NCBI GenBank assembly: GCA_965644265.1
Contig: OZ286477.1
Coordinates: 51,770,001-51,834,000 of the forward strand
Direction of reading: 5' to 3'
Source: Glycera tridactyla
Taxonomy: Eukaryota
DNA: 64,000 nt
In this document: piece by piece, positions 26,197-39,257 of the stretch
Position numbering within the stretch: the stretch's first letter is position 1
Layout: every line of letters starts with the position of its first letter
The notes under the pieces: generated by a model
Database searches by the model: none
What the model was told of the DNA's origin: nothing
What the model saw: only the letters and a program-made list of their open reading frames with translations
Position numbers and translations under genes: made by a program

Positions 26197-29100
26197 ATGA
26201 GTGATAAAATTAAGTGCAGGGTTTGCCAAAGTTATGTCAATAATTTATCAATTCACATGCGAATCCACACAGGTGAGAAACCATACACCTGTCATTTATG
26301 TAATAAGGCCTTCAATCAGAAATCAAATCTAAATACACATCTGAGGTCGCATGCCACTGATAGGCCATATAAATGTGATCAATGTGGTAAACTGTTCAAA
26401 TCACAAGGGGTTTTGAAATCTCATGAGCGAGTGCATTCAGATGAGAAACCATATGCTTGCCGCTATTGTACTCGATGTTTCAAAGATGCCGGTGATAGAG
26501 GTAAACATGAGAAGACTCATACAGGTGTCAAGCCATTCCAGTGTACAACTTGCTCAACATGTTTCGCTAATTCTGGCACCTTGAAACTGCACATCAGGAC
26601 ACACACAGGAGAGAAACCATATAAATGTAAATATTGTGAAAAATCGTTCTCAACAGGATCCTACCTAACGATCCATCATCGTCTTCACACAGGAGAAAAG
26701 CCCTATCAGTGCTCTTTCTGTTTCAAAACCTTCCGTCAGCCATCAAACCTACTTAGGCATACTCTGACACACACTGGAGAGAGAAATTTCAAATGTGGTG
26801 AGTGTGAGAAATGTTTCCCATCCCTTGCTGGCCTCAAAATTCACATCGAATCACATTCATTGGAGCGAAAGTTGTACCCATGTGATCAGTGCAGTCACCA
26901 AGCAACCCGTTTAGACTGTCTAGAAGACCACAAACAGAGAAAGCATGGGAAGCCTCATATATGTCACCATTGCAATGTCACTTTCAGGCATAAGGTCATG
27001 CACACAAAACATATGATTCTTCATAGAAGTCAGAATGAAATCAGATGTCATGCATGTGGCAAGGAGTTTAATTATGTCACAGATTTTCAAACTCATCTTT
27101 CTGTTCATGTCAAGTGTAAGATATGTGGCTTGGCTTGTACTAATAGTGAATCTTTGAAGAATCACTTGCAAGGGCATGATACTAAGAAATCAGTATCATG
27201 TAAAGTATGCAACAAAATGTTTCGAAAGAAAGGATCTCTCAACATTCATATGTTCAAGCACACCAACGAAAGACCATATCATTGTAAATTTTGCAATGCA
27301 ACATTCAAGTCTTTTGGAGAACTGGCTAAGCATCACAAAAAAGTACACAGTTCTGAACCACCACCTGTCAACAATATCAAGTTTCCTTGTGATGAGTGTG
27401 ATCGTATATTCAAAACGGAATATGTTTTGAAAACGCACAAACAAAAATTACATCTAAAAAATGGTAAAACAGGGAATGAGAGACCACATCAGTGTAACTT
27501 CTGCCATGCAACATACAAATCATTCCCAGAACTGGTTAAGCATCACACAAAAAAACACAGTTCAGAACCACCACCTATCAACGATATCAGCTTCCCCTGT
27601 AATAGGTGTGATCGTATATTCAAAAGGGAATATATGTTGAAAATGCACAAACAAAAAATACATCTAAAAAATGGGGAACAGAGAAATGTCTCAGTACAAA
27701 AAATGGAAAATGGATCCATTCTGTCTGGACCAACCTCATCGATTACAAAATGCTCAGATCTGAAGTACAAATGCACAATATGCAATCATAATCTCCAATC
27801 AGAGACCTGTTATCAAGTACACATGACATCTGAGCATGGCCTTGGCAACTCCACAGTAAAAATCGTATCTGATACATCAATTCAAAAGGCCAGTACAAGT
27901 ATTGACTCCAGATCATCTGACACTGTGCGAGAAAATGCAGATCTTGCGAATCAAGATCATAGTATGGAAGTGGCTGATCCATCGACTAAGTCTACAGAAG
28001 ACCCTCTACAGAACTTGATCTTACCTCCTGGAACAGCTAAGCTCTTGAAAGAACTGACAGTGTCACTTGTGAGAATACCAAATGAGGTTCACCATCATAC
28101 AGTATCAGACCAGATTAGTTGTGAGGCATTGCAAGGGTCAGATGATGTCATGGATGACCAGTCATCTAGAGATGCTTCTCCCTGTATTCAAGCCATGTCA
28201 GCCAGTGGTGATGCTGAGCTGCATGAGCATTGGGCACCCATCATATGGTCATATCCTGCTGCTTGTCAAGATATCAGAGATGTTACTACACATAACCCAA
28301 ATGTTATATGTACACCCAATAGTATTGAATGTCCAACAAGAGCTGCATATTCTTCATCGACTCGAAATGCATCTGAATCTGATACTGATCTTACAGAACA
28401 TGCAGAGTGCTACACAAGTGATAAAATGCAAATGACTGACCAACCAAGAGTTGCTTTGTCAAATGGATCAATCAATACCAGACGCATACAGTTATGTGAG
28501 CAGTCCAAGGGGGGCAACAAAAAGGGATACCTGACTTTGCAGAGAGATCCTGATTCCAGCAAACCATTTCAGTGTGGACTATGCCGTAAGAACTATAGTT
28601 CGAAACGTGGTCTGAAGAGGCATCACAGAAAGAAACATTCAGAAGAAACATTTGAATATGAACATATTGAAATGATGCATACACAAATATCTACAATTCC
28701 TAGCATTGTGCATCCTGCTGTCTGGCCTTCGACATCGACAGGAAAGCCTCCTGTGCAAAGCAAGGGTACATTCACTCGGGGAGAGGATACCGCAAGATAT
28801 CTTCTGAGCTCCCAGGTCAGAGGTACTGCGGAATCTACCAGAGGCAGTCTTGTTGAATGTAATACCAAGTGTTTTTTGGGCAGTCTGACCAAAACTAATA
28901 CAGGATATCTTTCGGTCGATGGGATTGCAGACAATACAAATCATGCTTCAGACTATCCTGCTGAGGGTATGACAGAACACCCCTCGGATGGTCTGGCCAA
29001 AGATGAAGCAGCATATTCTCCAAGCAATGAAACTGAGGGTGGTATGAAAGATCCTTCAAGCAATGTGTTGGATGATTGTTCAAAACTCCTTTCAGGCAAG

Positions 29101-30057
29101 CAGGCCAAGGGTTGTACAAAGCATCCCCTTAGTAGTAAATATGATGCAGATAGATATACTGAGGCAAATGGTATCACAAAACAATGTCCAACTAGTCATA
29201 TCAAAGGGTGCAAAGAAGATCCTGGAGACACGGATGCTGAGGGTGATATGAAATATTTTCAAGGTGATATGGAGCATCTTTCTGTCTGTCAGGCGGATAT
29301 AACCACAGGAGACCTTTCAGGTAGTCATCCCAAAGACATTGACACTTTGAATAGTGATACAGAACAGCCCTCACGAGGTGCGACAAAAGATGACACAAAA
29401 CATCCTGAAGGCTATCAGGCTCAGGATATTGCAGAACAACTTCCAGGGAATCAGACTGAGGGCCACTCAGGACATCCTGCAGACATCAAAGCTGAGTGTG
29501 ATATGCAAGCTGCAGACATTCATGCTGAGGGTACTGGCAGACATTCAAATAGCCTTACTGCCAATGACTCTGATACCAATTCCCCGAAACCAACTTGCCG
29601 ACAATGTGGTAAACAATTCAAATTCCTCAAAGGTTTAGACTGGCATATGGTGAACAAGCATGGGCAAAACATCACCAACGAAACTAAGCTGATTGTATCA
29701 TTGGTGAAGACTGAAGTACGGCTGGAATGTACTGATGGAAATGGTCAGAGGAATCAGAAATATTGTGTTTCAGGTCTTGCATCACAATCAACTCAGGAAA
29801 GTGCACCACAAAAACCAAAAACGGGTAATGAGGAGAGACGCAGGGATGATGGATATCCCATGTCAGAGGCTGCAGTTGTTCAGCATCGAGACCCAAGGAA
29901 ACAGAAGACAGAGGAGAATCAAATTGAAGATAGCCTCTTGAAACAAACTCACTCAGGACTGAAATTATCATGCTACTGTAATCGAGTTTTCACTGATATG
30001 TCTGCATTTGCCAGCCACTTGAAGGGACATGCACTGAACATGAAGCCCCCAATGTAA
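26197..30057 (+). CDS. C2H2 zinc-finger protein, copy B (1286 aa, ~21 fingers)
   Basis: 17 N-terminal tandem fingers, several joined by TGEKPY-type linkers, plus 4 dispersed fingers in a long low-complexity region. Acceptor-like ...ttgacacag| at 26140-26141 in the 5' UTR is conserved in C and D. Confidence 0.92.
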   Translation: MSDKIKCRVCQSYVNNLSIHMRIHTGEKPYTCHLCNKAFNQKSNLNTHLRSHATDRPYKCDQCGKLFKSQGVLKSHERVHSDEKPYACRYCTRCFKDAGDRGKHEKTHTGVKPFQCTTCSTCFANSGTLKLHIRTHTGEKPYKCKYCEKSFSTGSYLTIHHRLHTGEKPYQCSFCFKTFRQPSNLLRHTLTHTGERNFKCGECEKCFPSLAGLKIHIESHSLERKLYPCDQCSHQATRLDCLEDHKQRKHGKPHICHHCNVTFRHKVMHTKHMILHRSQNEIRCHACGKEFNYVTDFQTHLSVHVKCKICGLACTNSESLKNHLQGHDTKKSVSCKVCNKMFRKKGSLNIHMFKHTNERPYHCKFCNATFKSFGELAKHHKKVHSSEPPPVNNIKFPCDECDRIFKTEYVLKTHKQKLHLKNGKTGNERPHQCNFCHATYKSFPELVKHHTKKHSSEPPPINDISFPCNRCDRIFKREYMLKMHKQKIHLKNGEQRNVSVQKMENGSILSGPTSSITKCSDLKYKCTICNHNLQSETCYQVHMTSEHGLGNSTVKIVSDTSIQKASTSIDSRSSDTVRENADLANQDHSMEVADPSTKSTEDPLQNLILPPGTAKLLKELTVSLVRIPNEVHHHTVSDQISCEALQGSDDVMDDQSSRDASPCIQAMSASGDAELHEHWAPIIWSYPAACQDIRDVTTHNPNVICTPNSIECPTRAAYSSSTRNASESDTDLTEHAECYTSDKMQMTDQPRVALSNGSINTRRIQLCEQSKGGNKKGYLTLQRDPDSSKPFQCGLCRKNYSSKRGLKRHHRKKHSEETFEYEHIEMMHTQISTIPSIVHPAVWPSTSTGKPPVQSKGTFTRGEDTARYLLSSQVRGTAESTRGSLVECNTKCFLGSLTKTNTGYLSVDGIADNTNHASDYPAEGMTEHPSDGLAKDEAAYSPSNETEGGMKDPSSNVLDDCSKLLSGKQAKGCTKHPLSSKYDADRYTEANGITKQCPTSHIKGCKEDPGDTDAEGDMKYFQGDMEHLSVCQADITTGDLSGSHPKDIDTLNSDTEQPSRGATKDDTKHPEGYQAQDIAEQLPGNQTEGHSGHPADIKAECDMQAADIHAEGTGRHSNSLTANDSDTNSPKPTCRQCGKQFKFLKGLDWHMVNKHGQNITNETKLIVSLVKTEVRLECTDGNGQRNQKYCVSGLASQSTQESAPQKPKTGNEERRRDDGYPMSEAAVVQHRDPRKQKTEENQIEDSLLKQTHSGLKLSCYCNRVFTDMSAFASHLKGHALNMKPPM

Positions 30058-31438
30058 ATACTCATGTAGGGAATCTGGCCAAATGTGTATAAGAGCATTT
30101 CATTCAGAATCCTCACTGTCAAACTATATGGAAGGGCATAGGAGTCATGTATCTCCTCAAACTCAGGCCTCACCTCACTTGAATCGCCAACGTCATTGTG
30201 ATTCAGTTGAATCACGAGATTGCCTGCAAGGAAGTCATTTCTACATCGTCATGCTGGTGTAGCAAAAAATTATTTTGCCTGAAGGTATCGTGCAGGTCTG
30301 CTGTAAAGTGAACATGTCATGTGTACCCAGTGCATGTAAAGCAGCCAAGCATTTGGTCAGTCGGGCACAAAACTTTGAATTGAAGAAAGCTAGTATGAAT
30401 CGTGTAACTATCTTTAGATGTAGAAAGTGTGACAAGGCATTCACAAAGAGGGAAGCATTGGCAGGTCATATGAAGTCACACTCAGTGAAAACTCAGCACA
30501 TGTGTTATTTTTGTAAGAAGATATTTCTGCAGTATTACCTCTGTGAAGTTTGTCAAAGGAAACAGAATTCCTGCAGAAAATGGAAATCCGCTAAGCAAAG
30601 CTTTTGTTGAATATTAATGTGCATATTGTGTTAAATCATTCACGACTCATCATGCATTGTCGAATCATTTGCTGAAACACTAGGCTGATGAGTATCACTG
30701 TGAGAGATGTAGCAAGGTGTTCCGTGATTAGACCTCCTTAAAGACCCACCAGCAAATGCATGAGACCTACAGTATGTGCGTTCACCCCAGATTCAATGCT
30801 GACATGGAGGGAGTTGATATGCAATGCTCTCATTCTCAGAATGTTGTCAATAACGTCAAGATTAATGTACCGCCCAAAACCAACCAAACGGAAGAAACTG
30901 ATGAATATATCCAGAATCAGCAAGCCAACTCTAAAATGGTTGGTAGTTTGAAGTGTAAATAATGTGGAAGGAATTTCAAAAAGAAGTGTACCCTCTCAAC
31001 CCATATGAAAGTTTATCTCAAGTGGTCCGTTGTGCAGAATCATTTGGTCCTGCCTGCAGGTCCTAATGAATTACAGGATGTGGTGATGCAACCTGACTTG
31101 AAAACATTTCTACTACATCTTGAGAGGCCATCATCTGTGAATTCTGCTTCAGATCATATAGTGATCAATCCAGAGCCAGAATTGAATTTGAACTTTTGCA
31201 AACCCCATAGTATTGCAAAGCGTCTTGTTCTATACCAAAAATGCAACTGCAGGGACCATCACTTGATAGAACAAGTGTGAGTCACACTACATTGCACTTT
31301 GAAGGCGATTCTGTGACGAAATGTCCGCTACTACATTATTCACTAGCTAGTGACCATTCCAAAGAGAAGGCAAATAAAGATGTCATTCACATCACAGATG
31401 AATTGGAAGATGATGATTGCTATGTTATTGTTGAATAG
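30058..31438 (+). pseudogene. Decayed zinc-finger tail, copy B
   Basis: Paralog of 1311-2661, ending ...DDDCYVIVE-stop. Confidence 0.65.
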
Positions 31439-34400
31439 CGGGGGTAGTAAATAGGTCGTCTCGTTCTGCATTTACATGGACATAAATTAATTCTGAATCA
31501 GCAGCCTATACCAGACTGCCCTGTTTCCCTCATCGCTGGTACCTACATCTCAGAACCCATCCCAGTGATATAGCATCTGGTGAAGAACCCGAAGTTTCAC
31601 CCTTTGGGAGGGCTTTAGGTAGCATAAGTTGTAGGGCATTTATACGAATTAAATTAGTGCCATTGCCCTATTAGTACGCCCATCGTTGCCCCAGCAGATA
31701 CCTTCATCTTTGTCAATCAATTAATGTTTTCCATAGCTCAGGATGACCCATTTTGGGCATTGCATTACTATCCCCCCCCCCCCTGTATTTTACTGCTGAT
31801 AAATCCACAGTCTGATGAAGTCAAAGAAGGTTGAAACAAACAATATACCAGTACAGCTCGAAGTAATCAGTGGTCCATCCCGGGTCCATCCCAGGTCAAA
31901 GACAGGATTCGAGTTTCCGTGCCCACTCAGATTGAACTAGAAATGACACCCTGAATTTCCATCAATTTGCAAAATATTTCGCCTCTTTATGGGGCCAAAA
32001 CATGTGGAATCTTGGAACGAATCAACCCATGCATTGATCAGATCGAAACTAAAGCTGCAGATGAAACATCTATGAGAAAGAAAAAAAAGAAAGAAAAAAA
32101 AACATCTAAGAGTGCAATTTCAAGTAATACAGTTGTCCATCTAGAGTTTTTGGAGAAATCAAAACCAGATTCGAATCATCCAGAATCTCACTGTGCTGTA
32201 GCTCCTTTTGTCTCAGAATCTACATGAATGATGCTCACTGGCAGACTATTGTGAACGTTCATGGTTGTCCATTCACCAATTCAAGGTGGTCTTGAGTGTG
32301 CATGTAGAAATCATCACCAGTAACATCACTATACGTGAAGAATGGTACCCAACATGCCAGTTCTGGGCCATTAGAGCTGCATTGAGGTCAGCCGGGAATA
32401 GTGATTGCATTTTACTGCAAGTGTAGGACATATGTTATTATGAAGCTGATCTGGAGTGGGGATTCATATCGTCACGCATTGGGTATTCCTGAACACAGTA
32501 CATTTGTTTGTGTTATGCACAATGCATGGATTCAAAGCATTGCTTTCAATCATGAGTGTCATCCTGAATCGACTTGGGTTGAAGCACTTTCCCAAATCGA
32601 ATGAACCCATTTTCAAATATTTCGTGTGGAAATCTCAAACAGAAATAGTCCTGGTATAATATGAATGCAACCCTGCCTGTTTCAGAGGAACCTTACTGCA
32701 CATTCCCAGATGACTATAACTCACTCGAATATTACAGAGTAACTTGCTGAATAGAAAAACAATTGAATGCCCCATTCTGCCTGGAATTCCTTTGGATAGC
32801 ATGTTGGGGATATTTGTATAATGGTGATCTGAGTGATATTCTCCACCAAACTGTACTTTATTATAGCCTGAATACGTAGACATGAATAGGGTTGCATTCT
32901 GAAATGATAGGGGTATTCCACACATTTCATCAAGTGTCGGCTGCAATTTAAGGTATTTAGAAACAACAATGCCCCTACATAATCACATGGGCATCACAAT
33001 ATTGCACATTTGGTGCTGATGTGGCATTAAACCAAAAGCAAGCATCCCCCAGAATCGTCAAAGAAATTGCAGTTTTATGTATTTAGTAACCCATTGGCTA
33101 ATGCCTCCTATCTCGATTTCGGACAGTGGGGTTACTCCAAACAGCATGATATTTATCCTTATCTAAGATAATTCTATTGTAATTATATGAACCTCAACTA
33201 GTTAGGATGAGTTTGTAACTTTTGTCTTCATACTGGCCCGCGTGAAGATAATAGTGTAAGATAATGTATCTTAGCAACTCATAAATGATTGGTAATTACC
33301 CTTGACTAGTTGAGATGACTTCATAGGCCCATTTTCATGCTGACCTGCCTATAGATAATGATGTAAATAAATATGATTAATTAGTGAATTTCTTTCTGAA
33401 TGGGGTAGGCCTGCTTAGTGGGTAGTGAATTGGTATCTTTGATCATTTAGCAATTTTTTCATGTAAACATTTCGGTTGTTGACTTACAATGTTTTTTTCT
33501 GAATTTCATGTACAGTGAATCCGATTTCAGCAGAGTGCAAAAGCCTTATGGTGGGAGGATGTGAATTTGTCGGAAGAATGAAAAGCCTCGACAAAAGTTG
33601 GATTGGTGGGACTCAGTAGTAACTCACATTACTACACTGATGAATTGGAATTTGTGTCTCAGTTATGCATTATTCACACAATTTCAGCCATGAGCTAGCC
33701 TGGTTTCAGCCTGTTCACCTTTCTCTAACTTTGGCATATTTGGAGAGCAATTTTTTTCCCTGCTCCTGAAAGGAGAGTGGCGGTGAAAGTTTTCTGTGGA
33801 GAATGTTCAACATGCATTGTTAACTGATAGTCACTCATGAACACAGTATAGATATTCTCGTATATTATGATATGATTAAACCAAAGAAATATCTAGGAGG
33901 AAGAGAGATGAGTTTCACAGATCACCCCATCTTAAACCTCATTCTCTTCATTTCCATGTCTCATCTTCACTGGCTCAAAGTTTCAAGGCACGAGAATTGA
34001 TCAGAGTGCCTTTCTGATACAAATAACTAAGGAAAGCCTTAATCCTAACAAGAGGAGAAACCTGTGGGAGTCATAGACCAGGGATACATAGCATACATAA
34101 TAGTTTGGGTTGATACCAATCGGTAATCCTCAATCGAACAAAACCAAACCACCCCACCTGACTGAATGACATGTCATATGGAGAAAAAGGGAAGTAATGC
34201 GCACTTGAAGAATACTGGAATCAAAGAATTTGAGACTGTATCTGCCCCATCTTCCCATGCATTTGCCCTAATTTGTCAAATGCTATGATGTGCACATGTT
34301 AGGACTGTCCTTTTTCTTAACGAATGTCCACCATGTAGAAAAATAGTAGCATTTTCACGTCTGCAGGAAAAAGATGACACTCATGAAAGACATTCTTGAT

Positions 34401-36109
34401 AAGTTTGAATGATTTATTTGATCTCTCCCATTGGTTTTATCTGGGTAGGTTCACATGCATATGAGATAAGATATGTTATTTCGAGTCTTCGCTCTCGAAA
34501 TTCACACTCATGTATGTATGAATGTAGATAGATGGATGGATTGATTGATGAATATATGGATGCATGGATAGATACAGACAGATAGACAGGTGGAGAGAAA
34601 GACCTAAATTGCTGAGAATATTACACTACCTGCAGTCAGTCACATAGATAGAAATGGCATTGTTGGGTTCATTCAGATTCACGTGAGGCGCATGAATTGT
34701 ATCCGAACTTGTGAAATATAGCTAGTGTGACACGGAATTTTGATCAGTCAATGAGCTGAAGGGTTTTACATATCGCATTCAGTGTCGAATGTCTCAGTCA
34801 GTAACCTGGAGATTGCAGCATTTGGTACTACCTTATTTTCTGCCTTCCGCCTGAACTGACATGATCCATACTGATGCGATTCATTTTTTTCTTAATCTTT
34901 GAACATTAACCTTTGATTATTGACGTGCACTTGCTTATGACACTTGCCGATAGTCAAAATCCAAATAAATGACATAATTCTCTTCTTTTCCACCTAAAGT
35001 AGGAGAATTTTAGTCTTCCGTGAACTCCATTGTTGGGAGTAGCAATTCATGCCGAATGAATATCATGGGTCAACCATTGTTCTAGCTTCAATTTCTTCTA
35101 TCAGCATATATTCACTCAGTTTTGTGTGTCTTGTTTTCTCTGGGAATAAGTCATATTCATTCAGTTAAGTATCTCAGTTTGCCCACTTCTTATGTTTTGA
35201 AATGAATAAATCAATGTGTTCACAATTACGTAATGTTGTTCCTTCATGGTTACAAGTGTCCCTTCATCTGAATCATCATGTGTGTAAGAGTGAGATCAAG
35301 AAAACTTTTATTGCTTAAGATTAATACAGATCACATAAGACCTCAGGAGGGTTGGAGGGGGGTCATGTGACATGCTCATGCAAACATATACAAAACTTGG
35401 ATATACCAAGGGAAATGAGTAATTGAACATTGTAGGTGACTGGAGACTCAGAAAAGTTGTATGAAGCGGAGGAAAGCTTAACATAAACAGGGGATAAATG
35501 ATCTGAGGTATAAAGCGGCAGACAAAGCCATGCTTTCGTGACTAACCTGGTATGTTCTGTGAGATGCTGAGCACAAAGGTAATAATATGATATAGTAGTT
35601 AACAAGCATTACCACTGATTCAGCCCAGGATAATAATGGTAATTTTCAGAGCCTGCAAGATAGTAGACTCTGATATTGTGGACTCAGATTGCAAGGAGTA
35701 TTGAGATGTCTATTATATGTTTGAACACATGGCTCCCATTCACGGTCTCTATCCAGGTCCTGGTGGAGATTTTGTGGCAGAATATTGCCTACTGATCTCA
35801 TCAATGGTACAAATGTATTTATTTTTCGGCTACCTGCAGCCTGGCTTGGGGTATCCATCATATATGTTGTCAGGATCAGATAAGAAAAGATACATCATAC
35901 TATGGTATAAAAAGAGAGCCATCTCCCTGGTTATTGAAGGGTGGATTTAGTATAGAGCTCCCCTTTGAAAGTTTCCTATACATATGATTTATTCAAGTTG
36001 ATCCTCAAAAGATAGGCTGGGATCTAGTATGACGTCGAGTAAGTTATTTTTCACTACTTAATTTTCATGTATTGCCAGTTTCGAAGTCTCTAGGCTGTTC
36101 CAGATAGAA

Positions 36110-36860
36110 TCGAATTTGACTTTAATATGTCTAGGTTAAGCTTTAACGAGGCAAACCATACAGAGACGTCGGACAATTCACTGTTCATTAAAGGCTAAAT
36201 TTCGTCAATAGAATATCCTGTGAATAACAGGGCTGTACCATCTGCATAAGAATATGGATGACAGAAGTTACTTTGTTGGCTGATTGCATTATGGTGTATG
36301 ATTAAAAGTAGAGGGACTAAAATGGAGCCCTGGGGCACATCATAATCCACCCGCAATGGATGGTAAACAGGGCCCAATTTTAGTGGACTGTGTACAGCCT
36401 GATGGGTATGAACATAGCTAGTTGCTCCAGAGTATTTCTCACTATAAGTAACCTGTATTAGACAACAACCTGTCTCAGGCAACCACATTTCACTGCCCCA
36501 AGGGTGGTTGCTGAATACAGGTTTGACTGTACGATAGCTTTTCACATTTCTTGTATCAAATGCCTCCTTCAAGTCCAGGAACAAGACGCCACTCAGTATC
36601 TTTTCATAGGATGACTGACAGTTATCATCTAGGTAGCCAGCCAGGCAAGTCCCTGTGGAGTATCCCTTTCTGACCCCAAATTCAGCCGAATTGTGTCAAT
36701 GTGTCAGCCGAATTGTGTCAATGTGTCAACAGTCTTGTTATTGTCATGTACATTTTATCGATGACAGGCCTCTCAACAAGCTTGCCCAAGACAGACAAAA
36801 GGGAAATCAGCCTAAAATTGATGGTTCATGATTTTGAGTATGGTGGGAAGACAATTATAA
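36110..36860 (-). pseudogene. LINE RT relic, spacer B
   Basis: FLDLKEAFDT, VPQGSILVPLLL and YADGTAL in ORF 36195-36584. Confidence 0.8.
36425..36529 (-). mobile_element. Truncated Tc1/mariner-pogo-type MITE end inside the LINE relic
   Basis: - strand TA|CAGTCAAACCTGTATTCAGCAACCAC...; absent from spacers A and D; the other end is not recognisable. Duplicated at 49388-49492. Confidence 0.4.
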
Positions 36861-37213
36861 GTGTCTACTACAGATTCCTTCTGAACAAGAAAAACTTCGA
36901 ATGCCTCCGTAGTTGGATGGCCTCAACATGTTTTTGACCTCTATATGACCTTGCCAACTATCTGCATGTAACTATGAGTCGTTTTTCGGCGATCATTGTT
37001 CAATTAACCTATTGGAGGTACAGTAGTCATGGTAAAATCAGGAGAAAGTGTCCTATCTTGGAACAAAGTGGTCCTATCTCGTAGATTTCAAAGGGAATAG
37101 CTGAACAAGGTCCTTATCGATACCTTAAGTGGATTGTTAGGGCCATCAAACCAGGACACCCAATACCTGTGGATAGTTATCTTTTTCTTCACCACTTTTC
37201 TTTCCCTCTGAGC

Positions 37214-37390
37214 GCCTGCCTCGGTGGCTCAGTGGTAGCGTACTGGGCCGGCATGCAATGGGTCTGGGGTTCAATTCCCGGTCCTACCATACAGGAACGT
37301 TTCACCCTCCATCTTCACTCCTCCTTGGCAGGTGGTCCGATTTAGCCTACTCAAGTGCGGAAAGTGAACCTAAAACAACACCATTTCCAT
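37214..37390 (+). mobile_element. tRNA-derived SINE (177 bp)
   Basis: A box TGGCTCAGTGG, B box GGTTCAATTCC, simple-repeat tail, and a 13-bp TSD TTTCCCTCTGAGC (37201-37213, 37391-37403). Empty site at ~24585-24600. Confidence 0.88.
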
Positions 37391-39257
37391 TTTCCCTCTG
37401 AGCCTTTCTTATTTCTTCAGTGAAAGGGTCCTAGGTGTAGGTGGGTCCCTATGCAAAAAGCAGGTACCAGGCACACCAGTTCTGGATTATTTTGGCTGCG
37501 ACAAGTGGTGCACTTCGTTTAAAAAGTAAACATCGCTATTGTGCTTGACTGTCAGCTTCCAGGCAACCTGCAGACTTGTTTCTGATATCCTTTGTGACTA
37601 TGTTCATATAGTAATACTCTAACTGAAATCGGATCAGCCTTCCCTTCAGATCATGATTTTCTGTGAAACTCATACATTTTCATATTTTGTCTGGGGCCCA
37701 TATAGTGCTCATGGGACATGAAACAAACAGGCAACCAAGTGCCATACGAGACTATGAATTTGTTGCTCCATCTTAAGTGGCAATTCTGTGTGACAAAAAA
37801 TCCCCAGTGTCAATGACAGTATCTGATATTGGGAAGTAATCTGGATTTCGTGGTCGTTAAGATTAGATGGTACAACCATGGAGTCATCTCAAGTTGCCTT
37901 CACTCATAATCTTGGACATTAATGAGAAATTTTTGCGACCAGCCCTATTTGAAGCATCAGCCATTCCCTTCTTTGGGAAATGATCCTTGTGTCTCAAATG
38001 TGAATGATGTACCGAGGATAATCTTGTTTCTCATACCAAAACCTGGAAGTGACATTCTCATGCCCCATTTGACCTGGTTTCCTGGTTCCATTCCTGACCA
38101 CTTTTTTCCTGACATTTATCTTGAGGATATATCAATACCAAGCTACCATTAAAATATCTATAGATCCTGACTGTACGAAGTGAACTGGAGTGATTGGGCC
38201 CATTGGACTAGTACTTCACAAAAAATAGTTACTTCACGGTCGATTTTCTCTGGGCAGTAACTAGTTCACGATCGAGGGTAACTGTTGCAGTCGAATGCAA
38301 ATGAAAGTTCACGATTTTTCGTGCTTCACGAAACCGCCCAGTTGAATGGGCCCATAGTCTTTAAGGTCAGTCTGTTTTCGTTCCTCCCAATATCTTCCAT
38401 GATTATGTTCATATTATTCCCAGGCAGCCGAATGCCACTGAGCAGCTTCTGTTTTGGGATACTAGCAGGTCATAAATGCCACCACATCAGAAATTAGATC
38501 CTTTCATCTGAAGTCCTATTAGCCTTCATTCGTGATTCTTTGGAGAAACAACTTACTTGACATATGGCTGCAATGGGCCACGAGTCACACATTTGCTGTC
38601 AAGTGCTGATTCGAGAAATTCAGTCATTAGCAAATAGCATGTGTATTGCCTTAGATGCTCTTTCATCAATCTGTTCACAGATCGGGCATTGAGCCACTGA
38701 TATACTGCCTGGGGTTGGATGACTACTATTGGAAGATACCCAGATGAGTACCAATCACTGATGAACAGCCTGGAAGGAAATGCTGGCCAGCATCACAGAT
38801 TCCTGATCTTTACAGTGGTGTGATTCATCGAGAGAAAATACGCAGAAATAAGTAAGATTCTGTGGATTCATCTGCATGGAAAGATGATAGATATCTCGCT
38901 TTATAAGTGGATAAGATTGAGAATCCCACGTATGCATGCACGTATCTTTATCTATGGGGAACTCATGAGTACACAAGCGAGTGCTTATAGCCTCCCTAGT
39001 TGAGCTGCTGGAGTCTGAAACATATGATCATACCCTGTTGGTTTTCATGATGACGTATGTCTATTTTACTCTCAAAAACTGCCAGCCTTCGGTGTATATG
39101 ATGCTTCTTTATGTAATTCGCGTCCATTGTTATGGTCTTATTATTTCTTAGCTCAGTGATTTTGATGTGTATATTCTTTTTCGGTCTATTTGGTTGACAC
39201 AGAGTGGTACCTTCTGCTATCTTCTTGCATTTATGAACCAGCCTAATCAGCTCCAAC

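Noticed and set aside
34391-34780. 385-bp segment bounded by CATTC direct repeats, absent in unit A
   Set aside because: No TIR or tail; an insertion cannot be distinguished from a microhomology deletion in A.
37214-37290. Apparent tRNA gene
   Set aside because: No clean acceptor stem; it has a non-tRNA body, a tail and a 13-bp TSD, so it is a SINE head.
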